From NCBI GenBank assembly GCA_001662655.1, contig KV460280.1: DNA of 64,000 nucleotides. One strand, 5' to 3'. Shown one piece after another: positions 51,321 to 62,649 of this stretch (position 1 is its first letter; every line of letters starts with the position of its first letter). Position numbers and translations under genes: made by a program. The notes under the pieces are model-generated. The model saw nothing but the letters and a program-made list of their open reading frames with translations. It searched no databases and had not been told where the DNA came from. Source of the stretch: Pseudogymnoascus verrucosus (Eukaryota).

Positions 51321-52108
51321 ATGTAGATATATCTTATAAATAAAACTACATGTTTGGATCAAATTGCCACTTGTTCCCTATAATACGGCCTGATAACAAG
51401 GTAATTGAAATTTATTTCAGATGAAGTCTACGAAATAGTCATGAATGAACGATATGATGAAGCCGCGACGGAGAGATCAAAGACAACTCAACCACATGCA
51501 ATATAGTTTGTATTTGTTGCCTTCATTCATAATCTAGTTGCCGAGGTATTCTTCATCCCATGCTTGCTAGAGTTGGAGAACTGCCATCACAAATGGTGTT
51601 TGAAATATGCTTAGGTGACTGGAATTGAATCCTTGCATAGCCTAGGCAATTCCAATGATCCTTTTCCGCTTTTGGGTTCATCACGGCAATCAAAATCGTT
51701 CGCTTTTCGAATCTTAGCATCCGGAGGTGATGTGACAATGCGCATGAACCTTGCAAATCCAGGGAACTTTATCCCGTTGGAATTACAGTGCCGATATCCG
51801 CCACTAGTAGACGATCACCCTTTCCACCATTCCCTAATCGGTTGTTGCGTTCCAGGTCTATTTCAATCTCATTTCTATGGAGCAAATGCTAGGATAGATC
51901 GAGACGCGTTTCTTTCCCTTGTCGTTGTTCGCACTACTGATCTTGTCTCCTTCAAGTACTCATACTTTTGCAACTTGAGCCCCCATTCTTCACCGAATCT
52001 TCTGCTCTATCTCGCAAGTCGCGTAATCTGTTCTTGTTATTTTTCAAGATTTCATATATACAATCTACCAGCAACCGACATATTTTGATCAGAAACATTT
52101 AAACAGCT

Positions 52109-54102
52109 ATGGAAGTGGTTATAATAGGCGCTGGACCGAGCGGAATCGCGATAGCGCATTCGCTGAAGCATAAACTTGGATTCAATAAGTTCACAGTCAG
52201 ACTTTTGAGCTTATTTTCATCAGAATTTCCCTAACCTTGATATTCAGATATATGAGAAGCTTGACGGTCCTGGAGGCACATGGAGAACGAACACATACCC
52301 TGGATGGTTTGTAAACCAATCCATTAGAACATTGCGCATGGCTAACTACTCAACTAGTGGTTGCGACATTCCAAGCCACCTATACTCGTTCAGCTTTAAT
52401 CTCAACCCCGATTGGAGCAAAGAGCTTTGCGACCAACCGGAAATTCTTGAGTGTTTGTGGCTCCATCATGGTCTAGTGACGAAATATTGACGATATCAGA
52501 CATGGAAGCGACGGTGGACAAATTCAATTTACGGCCCCATATGCGATTTGTGACTAAATGTCTTGGGGCACAATGGATCTCGAAAACTAAGAAGTGGGAG
52601 ATTGAACTCCAAGACATGATAGGCAGGAAATTCACAAAAGTAGCCGACATTTTCATCAGTGCCGTAGGGGGTATATCAGAACCCCGAGATGTCAAATTTC
52701 CTGGCATGGAGAAGTTCCAAGGTCCTATCTTTCACACTGCACGATGGGATCATTCGTACGACTACGAAGGAAAACGAATGGCAGTGATTGGAAATGGCTG
52801 CAGCGCGGCTCAGGTTGTTCCAAATGTGGTTCACAAAGTCCAGTATCTCAAACAGTAGGCATAACGTTTTGCCCTGCGCAAGTACTCATACTGACACCGC
52901 GATTTTAGATTTGCGCGGAGCCCTCAATGGTACCACGAGCGCCCCAATCGAGAATTCTCCAAGCTAGAGAAATTCTGCTTCCGCTATATTCCTCTCTGGC
53001 AAAGATACCATCGTCTATCCCTCTTCACGGGGAATGATGCTCTTGTCGAGACTTATGGGGCAGGAGAAAAGGCCCAGCGAGTGCGCACAGCTACCGAGTA
53101 TGCTGCAAGGAATTACATATATGAGAATGCACCAGAGAAATATCACCATTTCATCGTCCCTGAGTTCCCCCTCGGTAAGATGCCTTCTCATATCAAGCAT
53201 AGCATGGCACTAATTACACAATGTAGGATGTAAACGCCGTATTTTCGACCCTGACTATCTTTCGGCCTTGCACGAGGAGAGTATGAGCTTGGTTGATGAA
53301 GGGATTAGAGAGATTAACGAAGCGGGCATTACTAGCGAACGAGGAACATACGAGGAGTTCGATGTCATAGTTCTTGCGACTGTAAGAAAAAAACTCTATT
53401 ACATGGTCAGAAGCTAATGCCAGGCAGGGTTTCAAGGTCTCAGAGTTCCTGACCCCGATGAAGATCGTGGGGCGGCAAGGCAAAGAGCTCTCAGAGCAGT
53501 GGAAAGAATCCGACGGTGCTCAAGCATACTATGGAACTTACGTGCACAATTTCCCTAATTTTGCAATTCTGTAAGTTTTTTAAATGCTCTGTACAGGAAA
53601 TGTTTTAACACAGTGAAGCTTTGGTCCGAACTCGTTCCCGGCCCACAACTCTGTTATTTTCGCAACGGAGGTTCAAGCGGCATTCATAGTCAAAAGTCTT
53701 TTTACACCTATCATGAACAATCGTGCATCGATCATAGAGGTCAAACAAGAAGCAGAAGATAGTTTCACTGCAGGCGTGCAATCACTTCTTAGTGGTACTG
53801 TCTTTAGTGCAAATTGTTCCAACTGGTATATCAACTCCAAGGGAAAGAACTCCGCTTCATGGCCCGGGTATGCGTCTACATTCTGGCGCGAGACATTTTT
53901 CCCTCGCTTCAAAGATTTCAAGCTTGAAGGTGGCTCCACACTCTGGTGGCCGAAGTGTATTGTGCGATGGTTGTTTACGGGACTATTTAACACGTTGCTC
54001 TCTCAGCACACCATGACATTTCTACTGGCCTTTGGAATTATCAAAAGGGAGCGAATTCTGCAAGATATCGCCAAGCTTGTGCAACGGGCACAGGCGCGAT
54101 GA
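52109..54102 (+). CDS. Type I Baeyer-Villiger monooxygenase, multi-exon
   Basis: IIGAGPSG, GGTWRTNTYPG, BVMO fingerprint FQGPIFHTARWD, VIGNGCSA, ATGF. Confidence 0.92.
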
Positions 54103-54828
54103 GAGATAACTCAACAAGAGAATTCGAGTAGATATGTTGGGCATTCGGTCATTTGTTGAGTCCAAGGAGATTACCTAGTGTACAAAGGGCATTCCATTCT
54201 CGCTGGGTTTTCGCTGGCATAGATTAGAGAAATAGAAGACTTCGCTATTTCGCGACCAAGGCTGATCGAACTGAAAGTGGCGTTTGTGAATATCGTCAAA
54301 CATTAGAACTGATTTCTTGTTCGTGCAAGCACTTCTCAACCTCTCTTCTGGACAGCGGTTCGGTTCCGCTGTGTGAAGTACCAGCGACTTAAAAACCACC
54401 CTGATATCTACGGAACTCGATTTCCGAGATTATATTTGGTTTACCTACCACATGCTGACCCACAGTTTGTTTGCGCTACCTGAGGTATCCCACCTACGTG
54501 ATTTCGCGGGGCAAAATTCTTATTATGAGCGCGGTTTAGCTCTGGCCGTCAACAACCCCGCGATTTATTCTGATATGACTCGCAGGTCACGTTGGCTAAT
54601 TCTATTATGTTGCATTCTGATTTACGACCGAGAATGCAAGGGGAAGTGGGGCGGGGCCTGCCTGGAGAGGACGATAAGAAAGGCAATGGGAAGGTTGACA
54701 ACTCCGCTATGATTGATCGCACTTTCACGGTGAAATATTACCCACTGAAACTCTCATAAACACCGAATAGTCACCAAACTTCGCAAAGGCACGGACAGTT
54801 GCACAGCTCCACCTCCTACCTCAGGGCC

Positions 54829-56125
54829 ATGGTCTACATTCCTAAGTCGACCTTTGTGGTAGATGTCCGATTGATCAACACAACGACAGATGTCACCGTA
54901 AAATCAGGTGACCTACTGCAGCCAGAACTGAAAGGACAAGACACCCTCTATCTCCCCACTTTTGCCTTCTTGATCCGTCACCGGGCCTCTGGCCGTTCTG
55001 TTCTATTCGACTGCGGATCCCGCAAGGACTGGAAGAACTTGCCTCCAGCTATCGTCCCCTCTGTAGCAACTTCCGGGGTCCACATAGAAAAGAGCGTTGA
55101 CGAGATCCTCCTAGAAGGAGGCCAAGACTTAAATGAGCTCAGCTCGATTATCTGGAGGTAGTTACCGAATTCTTGAGCTATGATCAAACCATCACTGATA
55201 CGTTAATTTGGCAGCCACTGGCACTGGGATCACATTGGTGATGCAAGCCGTTTTCCTAAAACCACTGAGCTCGTGGTAGGACCAAACTTCAAAGAGAATT
55301 TCATGCCGGGATACCCTACAAAAGAGGATGCACTGTTGCTAGACTCTGATTTCGAGTAAGCCTCCATCGAGCACTGCCTGCCTGGGACTGACGAGCTGAC
55401 ACAATTTATAGAGGGCGCAATGTACGGGAAATAAAATTCTCCGACGATCTCCAAATTGGAGGCTTCCCAGCCCATGACTTCTTTGGGGATGGAAGTCTGT
55501 ATCTGCTCGATGCCCCGGGTGTAAGTCAATTTGGTGCTTCCCACTCTCTCGTTTCCGCTGACAGATTTATGTTTAGCACGCGGTTGGTCACATCGCCAGC
55601 CTCGCTCGCACCACGTTCAATACATTCGTCTTGTTAGGCGGCGACTCATGTCACTTCCCTGGTGTATTCAGACCTTCGGCACATCTTACGCTCCCCTCGA
55701 CAATTCCATCTACTGTTCGGATGGACGCTCGGTTCCCACGCCCCTGCCCTAGCTCCTGCTTTACCAGCATTCATCCAGTGCAAGACCAGGCCTCCTCCAC
55801 GCCCTTCTACAATTTGCCACAGGCCAAGGGGGGGTGGTATGCCGATCCGCCCCGCGCACAGGAGAGCGTCACGAGCCTCTCGGAGTTAGACGGGGACGAT
55901 AATATATTAGTCTTGATAGCACACGATATGGCGATGTTAGAAATTAAGGAGCTGTTCCCGAGGCATAATATCAATGCCTGGAAAGAGAAGGGCTGGAAGG
56001 AGAGATTTGCATGGAGTTTTTTGAATGAATTGCCCAATGACGCTGGGAAGGCGAGGAGGGAGTTTGAAGATGCGGAAAGGTTGGATATCAAGAGTCCAGA
56101 TAACGAGGATTGGAGATCGAGGTAG
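54829..56125 (+). CDS. Metallo-beta-lactamase-fold hydrolase (lactonase/lactamase-like), 4 exons
   Basis: FDCGSRKDW, SHWHWDHIG (HxHxDH), PGHAVGH, GGDSCH, AHD. Confidence 0.9.
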
Positions 56126-56456
56126 TGCATGACAATTTAATTTTGTATATTAAGTGAAGGACGAAGGGACTATCGAAGGCAAACCACAAATCGAAATTAA
56201 ATGAAGGTATTGTGCCAAAGAGAATGGTAGTCGCTCATAGTCAGCGAAGTGTCGACTTCCTCCATTCGCTTCTTGTGGAGGATGTGGTGCCTGCATGCCT
56301 GCGGGGTAGCGCTAGTAGAAGTGCTTGCCGTCCCCGCATTCCGGAAAGATCCATTACCAACCACCATACTCCGCACATCAATAATTTACACTATGCCTCT
56401 TGTTGTTTCCTGTTCGTATACTTAATGCTATTCATTCCAATAACACAGCGGACATC

Positions 56457-59226
56457 ATGCAAAAAGAAAGTGCTCCGAAGAAGCACATTTCCTCGGCCTG
56501 CTCGTTTTGTCGGCACCGGAAGGTGAAGGTGAGACACCCTTGCTTCAGCGCAGGGTTCGCGACAATCAACATGCTCATCGATATCGTTATATAGCAAGAC
56601 TGACATATTTATGCCCAATAGTGCGATGGGAAGACACCGACATGCTCTAACTGCACACTATACAACCATGCCTGCGAATATTCTCGCAACGACAAGAGAA
56701 AGTTCGTGATAGCTCGCAGAATCCTGGGGATCCAGAGACTTGCTGACAGCGACGGCACCCGATAGGCTTTCCCATAAGAGAACTATACAATCACTTAACA
56801 ACCGCGTGGTATTTCTTGAAAATCTCCTGAGGAGTCATGGTATTGAGGTGCCACCGGACACGTCGGTGGAAGCCGGGAATCTCTCAGCTCCTCCAGTCTC
56901 CCACGAATACGAGCGAAACCAAGACGACGGTGGAGTCAACTACGCCGCTTTGCCAAACTTCAATGAACATACTTTTATGGCTGAATTGAACCCAGAATTA
57001 ACAAATGCAATACAATTCGAAAAATCGGTAGAGGGTCTATTTGGAATGAACGAAATGGGGGATTTTCATGCAGATTATACCGATGTTACAAATATCTTTC
57101 AGTCGCCCCAAAATTCCGGCCATCCCTTCTATCGTTTCAATCAAGCAGGCAATAGAACCCATGGACATGAACAGCAACTAGCGACCGGAGAATATGATGA
57201 CATCTTAGATGAACCAGATACGGTAGCAGATCAGGGCGCTCCCATATTAATGCCGCAATCTATGTTGCAATCTACGAATGATCTGGAGCACGGAAATACG
57301 ACAACGGGCGGGCAAATTGACGGTTCCCAGGCGATCTTACTCTCTCCATCTAATAACTCTTCTGCAGACCATGATGAGCAGAGTGACGACGATGAGGTTG
57401 TAGATCAATTATCGGCTCGGATTGGTACATTCCAGATTACTGAGGATGGTCAGCTGCGGTACTACGGAGCTACCTCTAATCTTCACATCTTGCAGAATGG
57501 ATTATCTTCTCTGCCACGGGCAGTCCATCGATCAATACGCCTCGAGGGAGAGGAGGCATTAACTCGTGCGGAACTCAACCAGGGAATAGATCCTGATCTC
57601 GAGAAGCACTTGGAGGATCTTTACTTTAGATGGGAAGACCCAGCCATTCATGTCGTGGATGAAGAAATGTATTTTCTCGCAAAGAGTGCGTACTACTCAG
57701 GAGAAGATGGAAACCCGTTTTATTCGGAAACATTGAAAAATACAATGTAGGTTTAACATAGATAACTTAGACAAAATTTAGAAAGGAATCTATCTCTGAC
57801 ACCCATTTCAGATGCGCTATAGGCTCTCAGATGTCATCAGATGATAGGCTACCTGATTCTGGCGCCGAGTTCTTCAATGCCCGAGCGAAGCTTCTCCTGC
57901 AGATCGAAATGGACAGCCCCTCTGTCGCTACTATACAAGCCCTTGTGATTATGAGTGCAATAGAAGCAGCTTCTACTAGAGATTCAAGGGGGTGGCTTTA
58001 CAGCGGTGAGCGCCTCTTGGATTTCAATGAAAATTCAAGCTAATTGATATTTTTTTTAGGAATGGCTATGAGACTGAGTGCAGACCTTGGCCTACATCGT
58101 GATCCGAGCAAGGTGGTGCAGGATGGTAGTCTTTCAGAACGCGAACTTGACGTGCGCCGTACTACATTCTGGGGCGTTTTTGTGCATGATAGGTAAGTCT
58201 TATGCACTTGGGCGGCGAGCAGGAGCTTATTGAAAATCACAGTATGTGGAGCTTGTATGTCGGGCGGCCTTCGAGCATCAACATTCAAGATATCTCAATA
58301 TCTCGACCATCACAAGAACATGATAGGCTAAGATCGAAAAAGTGGAGTCCCTTGCGGGACTCGGATGAAGGCAAGCCAGGAACAGATCAGGAACATGAGG
58401 GGTGGTTTGATCCAATTGAAGCTTGCGCCGATGCGAATGTATCGCTTTGCTTCATGATGAGGCAACTTAGCCAGACTATGTACACCTCATGAGATCTTGT
58501 GCATAATAATTCTTGCTGATTCATGCACAGATATTCCGATAAAACATTCTCCGATGACGGTATCCGGGAATTAGCTGCAAGCATGCGCGTCGAGTTTGCC
58601 ACATGGCAAAACGCCCTTCCCGAAGAATTGAGAGTTGATATGTCTGATGAGAATCGGTTCTATCTCCCTCACATTCTGCAGTTACAGTAGGTTCACTCCC
58701 TAGCTTGGCGTCGTTTTGTTTGACATTATACAGCATGCAATTCTACACGATTTCGATACTGCTCCACCGACCTTTCTTCTCACGTACCCTCAAAGAGCCT
58801 AAATTTTCCGATGATCAACTCTCCAATCACCCGCGCAATATATGCATCGATGCAGCACAATCCATCGTAAAGCTCCTGCGTATCTACCGTAAGCAGCATA
58901 CCCTTCGCCGGCCTAATGTTCATATCGTCCACCTCGTCTTCACAGCATCTTTGATTTGTATATACAACGCATATAGCAGCAAAGGGGCGACTGTTACGAA
59001 ATGCCTCAATGATCTTCAATTCTGCTGTCAAGCCCTTGGGGAGATGGGAGAGGCTTGGGGAAATTCGACAAGAGCGCTAGAGGTGATCATTTGCATCAAA
59101 CGGGACTGGTTCAGCAAGACCCGAAATTTGCCACAGACGAAGAGGCGAAGCCCAGCTGGTGATGACCGTGGATTAGGTGATGACAGACGGAAGAGACGAC
59201 TCACTCATGGTCAAGAAGAGCTCTAA
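56457..59226 (+). CDS. Zn2Cys6 transcription factor with fungal-specific TF domain (NirA-like architecture)
   Basis: Spliced ACSFCRHRKVK|CDGKTPTCSNCTLYNHAC, GQLRYYGATSN, RGWLYSG|MAMRL, WSLYVGRP, LLHRPF. Confidence 0.9.
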
Positions 59227-59358
59227 CGAAGAGGTTCGGACATCGTTAATAGTCTATAAGCACAAACTGTACCCTAATGTCGAAGGAGATCATGATATCA
59301 ATTGAGATGAAGTACCTATTTAATCATGACATGCTGTATGATAACCTTTTAGTCCTAA

Positions 59359-60954
59359 TTAATCCTGAGTATTCCCAATCGTCACGGTTTTCAAGTTCTG
59401 GTACTCCGCCAACCCATACCGACTCCCCTCTCTTCCTATGCCACTCTCTTTTATGCCTCCAAATGGTGCTTCCGCCGCGCTAATCAATCCCGTATTCACT
59501 CCAACCATGCCGACTTGCAGCTTCCCCGCTACTCTCATCACAGTCCCGATATCCTTGCTAAAGAAGTAACCTGCAAGGCCCAGCTCAGTATCATTAGCGA
59601 GCGCGAGAGCTTCGGCTTCGGTAGTGAAGGGGAAGATTGCCGCCAAAGGGCCGAAAGTCTCGTCGGTAGCCACGGCCATGCCTGGATGGCAGTTTGTGAT
59701 GACAGTAGGCTCGTAGAAGTACCCTTTGAGGTTTTCTGGCGCCTTGCCGCCGGTTCGGAGAATACCGCCTTTACTAATTGCGTCCTTGACATGAGTATCT
59801 ACCTTCTTGACCGCGCTAGCGTTGACGAGCGGACCTTGGCTGGTGTCTTCTGCGAGGCCAGAACCGAGCTTGAGTGCTTCAACTTTAGCCACAAGCTTTG
59901 TTGTGAATTCCTCGACGACGGAGGTGTGGATGAGGAGACGGTTTGCGCACTATCGAAAGTCAACTTGTTAATTCGTGGCAAGCTGCAGATACTCAAGAAC
60001 TCAAGTGAAAACTTACCACACAAGTCTGCCCTGAGGACCGAAATTTCGACACCATCGCACCCGCGACCGCTAATTCCAAATTCGCATCCTTAAACACAAT
60101 AAATGGCGCGTTACCTCCTAACTCCATGCTGACTCTTTTCATGGTCTCTGTTGCCATTCGTGCCAGCATCTTGCCCACGCCTGTGCTGCCCGTGAAACTG
60201 AGCTTCTTAACTTTAGGATGGGTTGCCAGCTGTAACGAGGCTTCTCTATCCTTAGTGGGAACGACGTGTAGACATGATCCAGGAATCCCCGCCTGCAATG
60301 CGAGCCTAGCAAGGGCTATGCAACTAAACGGCGTCTCACTAGGTGGCTTGATCACTACTGAGCACCCTGCCGCGATTGCAGGTGCGATCTTGCGGGTGAT
60401 CATAGCGGCGGGAAAGTTCCATGGGGTGATAATGCCACATACACCTACGGGCTCTTTAAATGTTAGGACGGTTGTGTCATGATAGGAAGAGGGTATTGTG
60501 TCGCCGTAGTTGCGAGTGGCTTCCTCAGCGAACCAGGCGATGAACGAGGTGGCATAAGTGATTTCGCCGCGAGCCTCAGCTATGGTCTTGCCATTTTCTA
60601 GGGATAGAATGGTTGCCACTGTCGTCGAATCAGTCTCATTGCCCGAACAGTGGTGCGTAGTATCTTACAATCTTCCAAGTTTGCAAGGATTAAATCGTTC
60701 CATTTACGTAGAATTACTCCTCGCTCTTTGGCAGTAGTTTTGGAATAAAACTCTTGATAGCCGTCGTGAGCTGACTCAATGGCATCAATAAAGTCTTGCT
60801 TGGTAAAGTCCGCACATTCACGAAGGACATCTCCTGTTGAGGGTTCGATTACGGGGAATGTCTTGCCTAAGGGGGCGAACTTCCAGCTTCCGCCGATGAG
60901 ACCTTGGGAATTGAAGAGCGACGGGTCGCGGAGATTGTAATTGTTAGACTCCAT
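59359..60954 (-). CDS. Succinate/glutarate-semialdehyde dehydrogenase (GabD/Uga2-like ALDH)
   Basis: ITPWNFPAAMITRK, FTGST, MELGGNAP, SKFRSSGQTCV|CANR, ETFGP, PFGGIKESG. Confidence 0.93.
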
Positions 60955-61155
60955 GGTGTGCTTTAGCTAGAGATATAGCTTTAATTAACAAGCAGGAGTT
61001 TAGGAACTTTGAGAGATAGAATGATGGACAATTTACAAGAGCAAATGAAATTTATTAATGACCATTTCATAGTATTGTCGCCGATACGATGGTCATAACG
61101 GAGAAGGCATGGGGAGTGTGGTGGGGCGAAGACGCTTCGGGAAACGATACCCCCG

Positions 61156-61394
61156 GAGAGAAATAGATCCGCCTCTATTCTCGTCTCTTGGCCAAAGCAT
61201 TGATTTCGAGCGCGAAGAAGGTTTCCGAGCCCCCTTCGCCCCAAAATCAATCATATGCCTAGTGAAGACTATCGAGAGTACCACCTTCCATACAGCGCGG
61301 CTGCTTAGAAGGGGTGGGCGACCCCACACGCCGCCTCCATCAATACCATTAGCACAGTCATCATCGGTGCATTTGTTATTAGCAAGCACCATCC
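61156..61394 (+). repeat. Right copy of the diverged direct repeat
   Basis: 61156-61289 aligns to 11772-11904 and 61332-61394 aligns to 12235-12294, in the same orientation. Confidence 0.9.
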
Positions 61395-61650
61395 TCTACT
61401 AGACCATACTGGATCGGACCGGATCGCATTGCTAGTCTCATATGCTATATAATTCCAGCTACGGCCAAATATACATGCGGTCGGCTTGTCTTCTTAGCGC
61501 AGAAAGTCCATCTTCACATCCACAGACAGGATACAGATTCCCGCTAACAAGGCAGATTCCTGCCACATACCCGTAATCACAGAATTTATATTCCACTCCC
61601 TGGCGGTAGAGGCAGAAGACCAGAGTCGGACCCCAAGGTGATCCATGTCA

Positions 61651-61680
61651 TGGTCTGGTCTTCGGTCGAAGACCAGACCA
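61651..61680. repeat. Perfect 14-bp inverted repeat with 2-nt spacer
   Basis: TGGTCTGGTCTTCG-GT-CGAAGACCAGACCA. Confidence 0.9.
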
Positions 61681-62251
61681 GGATACCGTTGCAAACTCGG
61701 GTTTGATCTTGATCGACGAGTATGAGCTTCGGCCCCTGGTGTCGAGGACCAAGATTTACTAAAGCCCCTGCCAAGGATGGGAGAGCAATGTACGACCCGG
61801 CCCGCATCTGCAGCTGCTACAAGATGGTTAAATCCGTCCGGTCAATTTTAATCCTTCAGCGTTGTCAACAGACGTACATTTTATGGAGAGCACGCATGCC
61901 TTTTTTACTGGAACTCTGAGTTTTATTCTTCGTCGTCTAAAATCTGAGGGTGTCCCCCCATTGCGCATCTTCTTGTCTTTCCGCCTGTGGTGTTTCTGCT
62001 TATCTTCGTCCCTGGTGGTGGTCGTACAGATATGAATCAAAGCGAGGCGGCATTCTTAAATGGGGATTTTTTCAGCTTGACTTATGTTTCTCTTGAAGCT
62101 CCCCTATCCTAATTAAGTTAAGATTTTCTCGGTTTCAGCCTTAAATCCGCTCAAATAAGAGCTGAAATGTCGGCACTATCTAAGTGTCACCATCGGCAGT
62201 GCTATCACGATCAATTTTGTGTTGTGCTACACATCCAGCTTCGTGCATCAC

Positions 62252-62346
62252 AGTTGACGGTGCCATGGTCATGCATCGCAGTACTTTACTGGTAGTGGAG
62301 AGCGGGCAGTAAAGTACTGCGATGCATGACCATGGCACCGTCAACT
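62252..62346. repeat. Perfect 40-bp inverted repeat with 15-nt loop (MITE-like or hairpin)
   Basis: AGTTGACGGTGCCATGGTCATGCATCGCAGTACTTTACTG (62252-62291) and its exact reverse complement (62307-62346). Confidence 0.95.
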
Positions 62347-62649
62347 AATTGCCCTCTTAAGTATGCTCTTTCATACTTCAAGCTGATCGACGATCAGCGC
62401 CTTATATTACTATTTCGTGCAACAGAGTTTCACGCACAATGGATTTACGCACACGTGAGCAGCGACTGTACGTTATGGTGGCTTCAAACTGGCGAGAATT
62501 TAGCAATGTGCACGACTCTTTTTCCTGTGTACCATAAATATATAATTGCTATGACCCATCTAGAGCAAGAAGTCGTAGAATTACCCAACAGACCTCTGAC
62601 AAAAAGCGACTCTCTGTCTATCAACCCCCTTCACACCATTATTTTAGCT

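Noticed and set aside
41738..54563. TCGCGG hexamer in promoters of the right-hand module, and CCTCGG at 41582 and 51541
   Set aside because: Short motifs chosen post hoc, with inconsistent CGG spacing. Not distinguishable from chance by eye.
12621..60954. Jasmonate biosynthesis cluster (OYE plus 4CL-like ligase), Starship element or bacterial HGT
   Set aside because: No lipoxygenase or allene oxide synthase, no DUF3435 recombinase in the window, and most genes have fungal introns.
61400..62200. Short ORFs between the right repeat and the NRPS-like gene
   Set aside because: No recognisable product in any frame.
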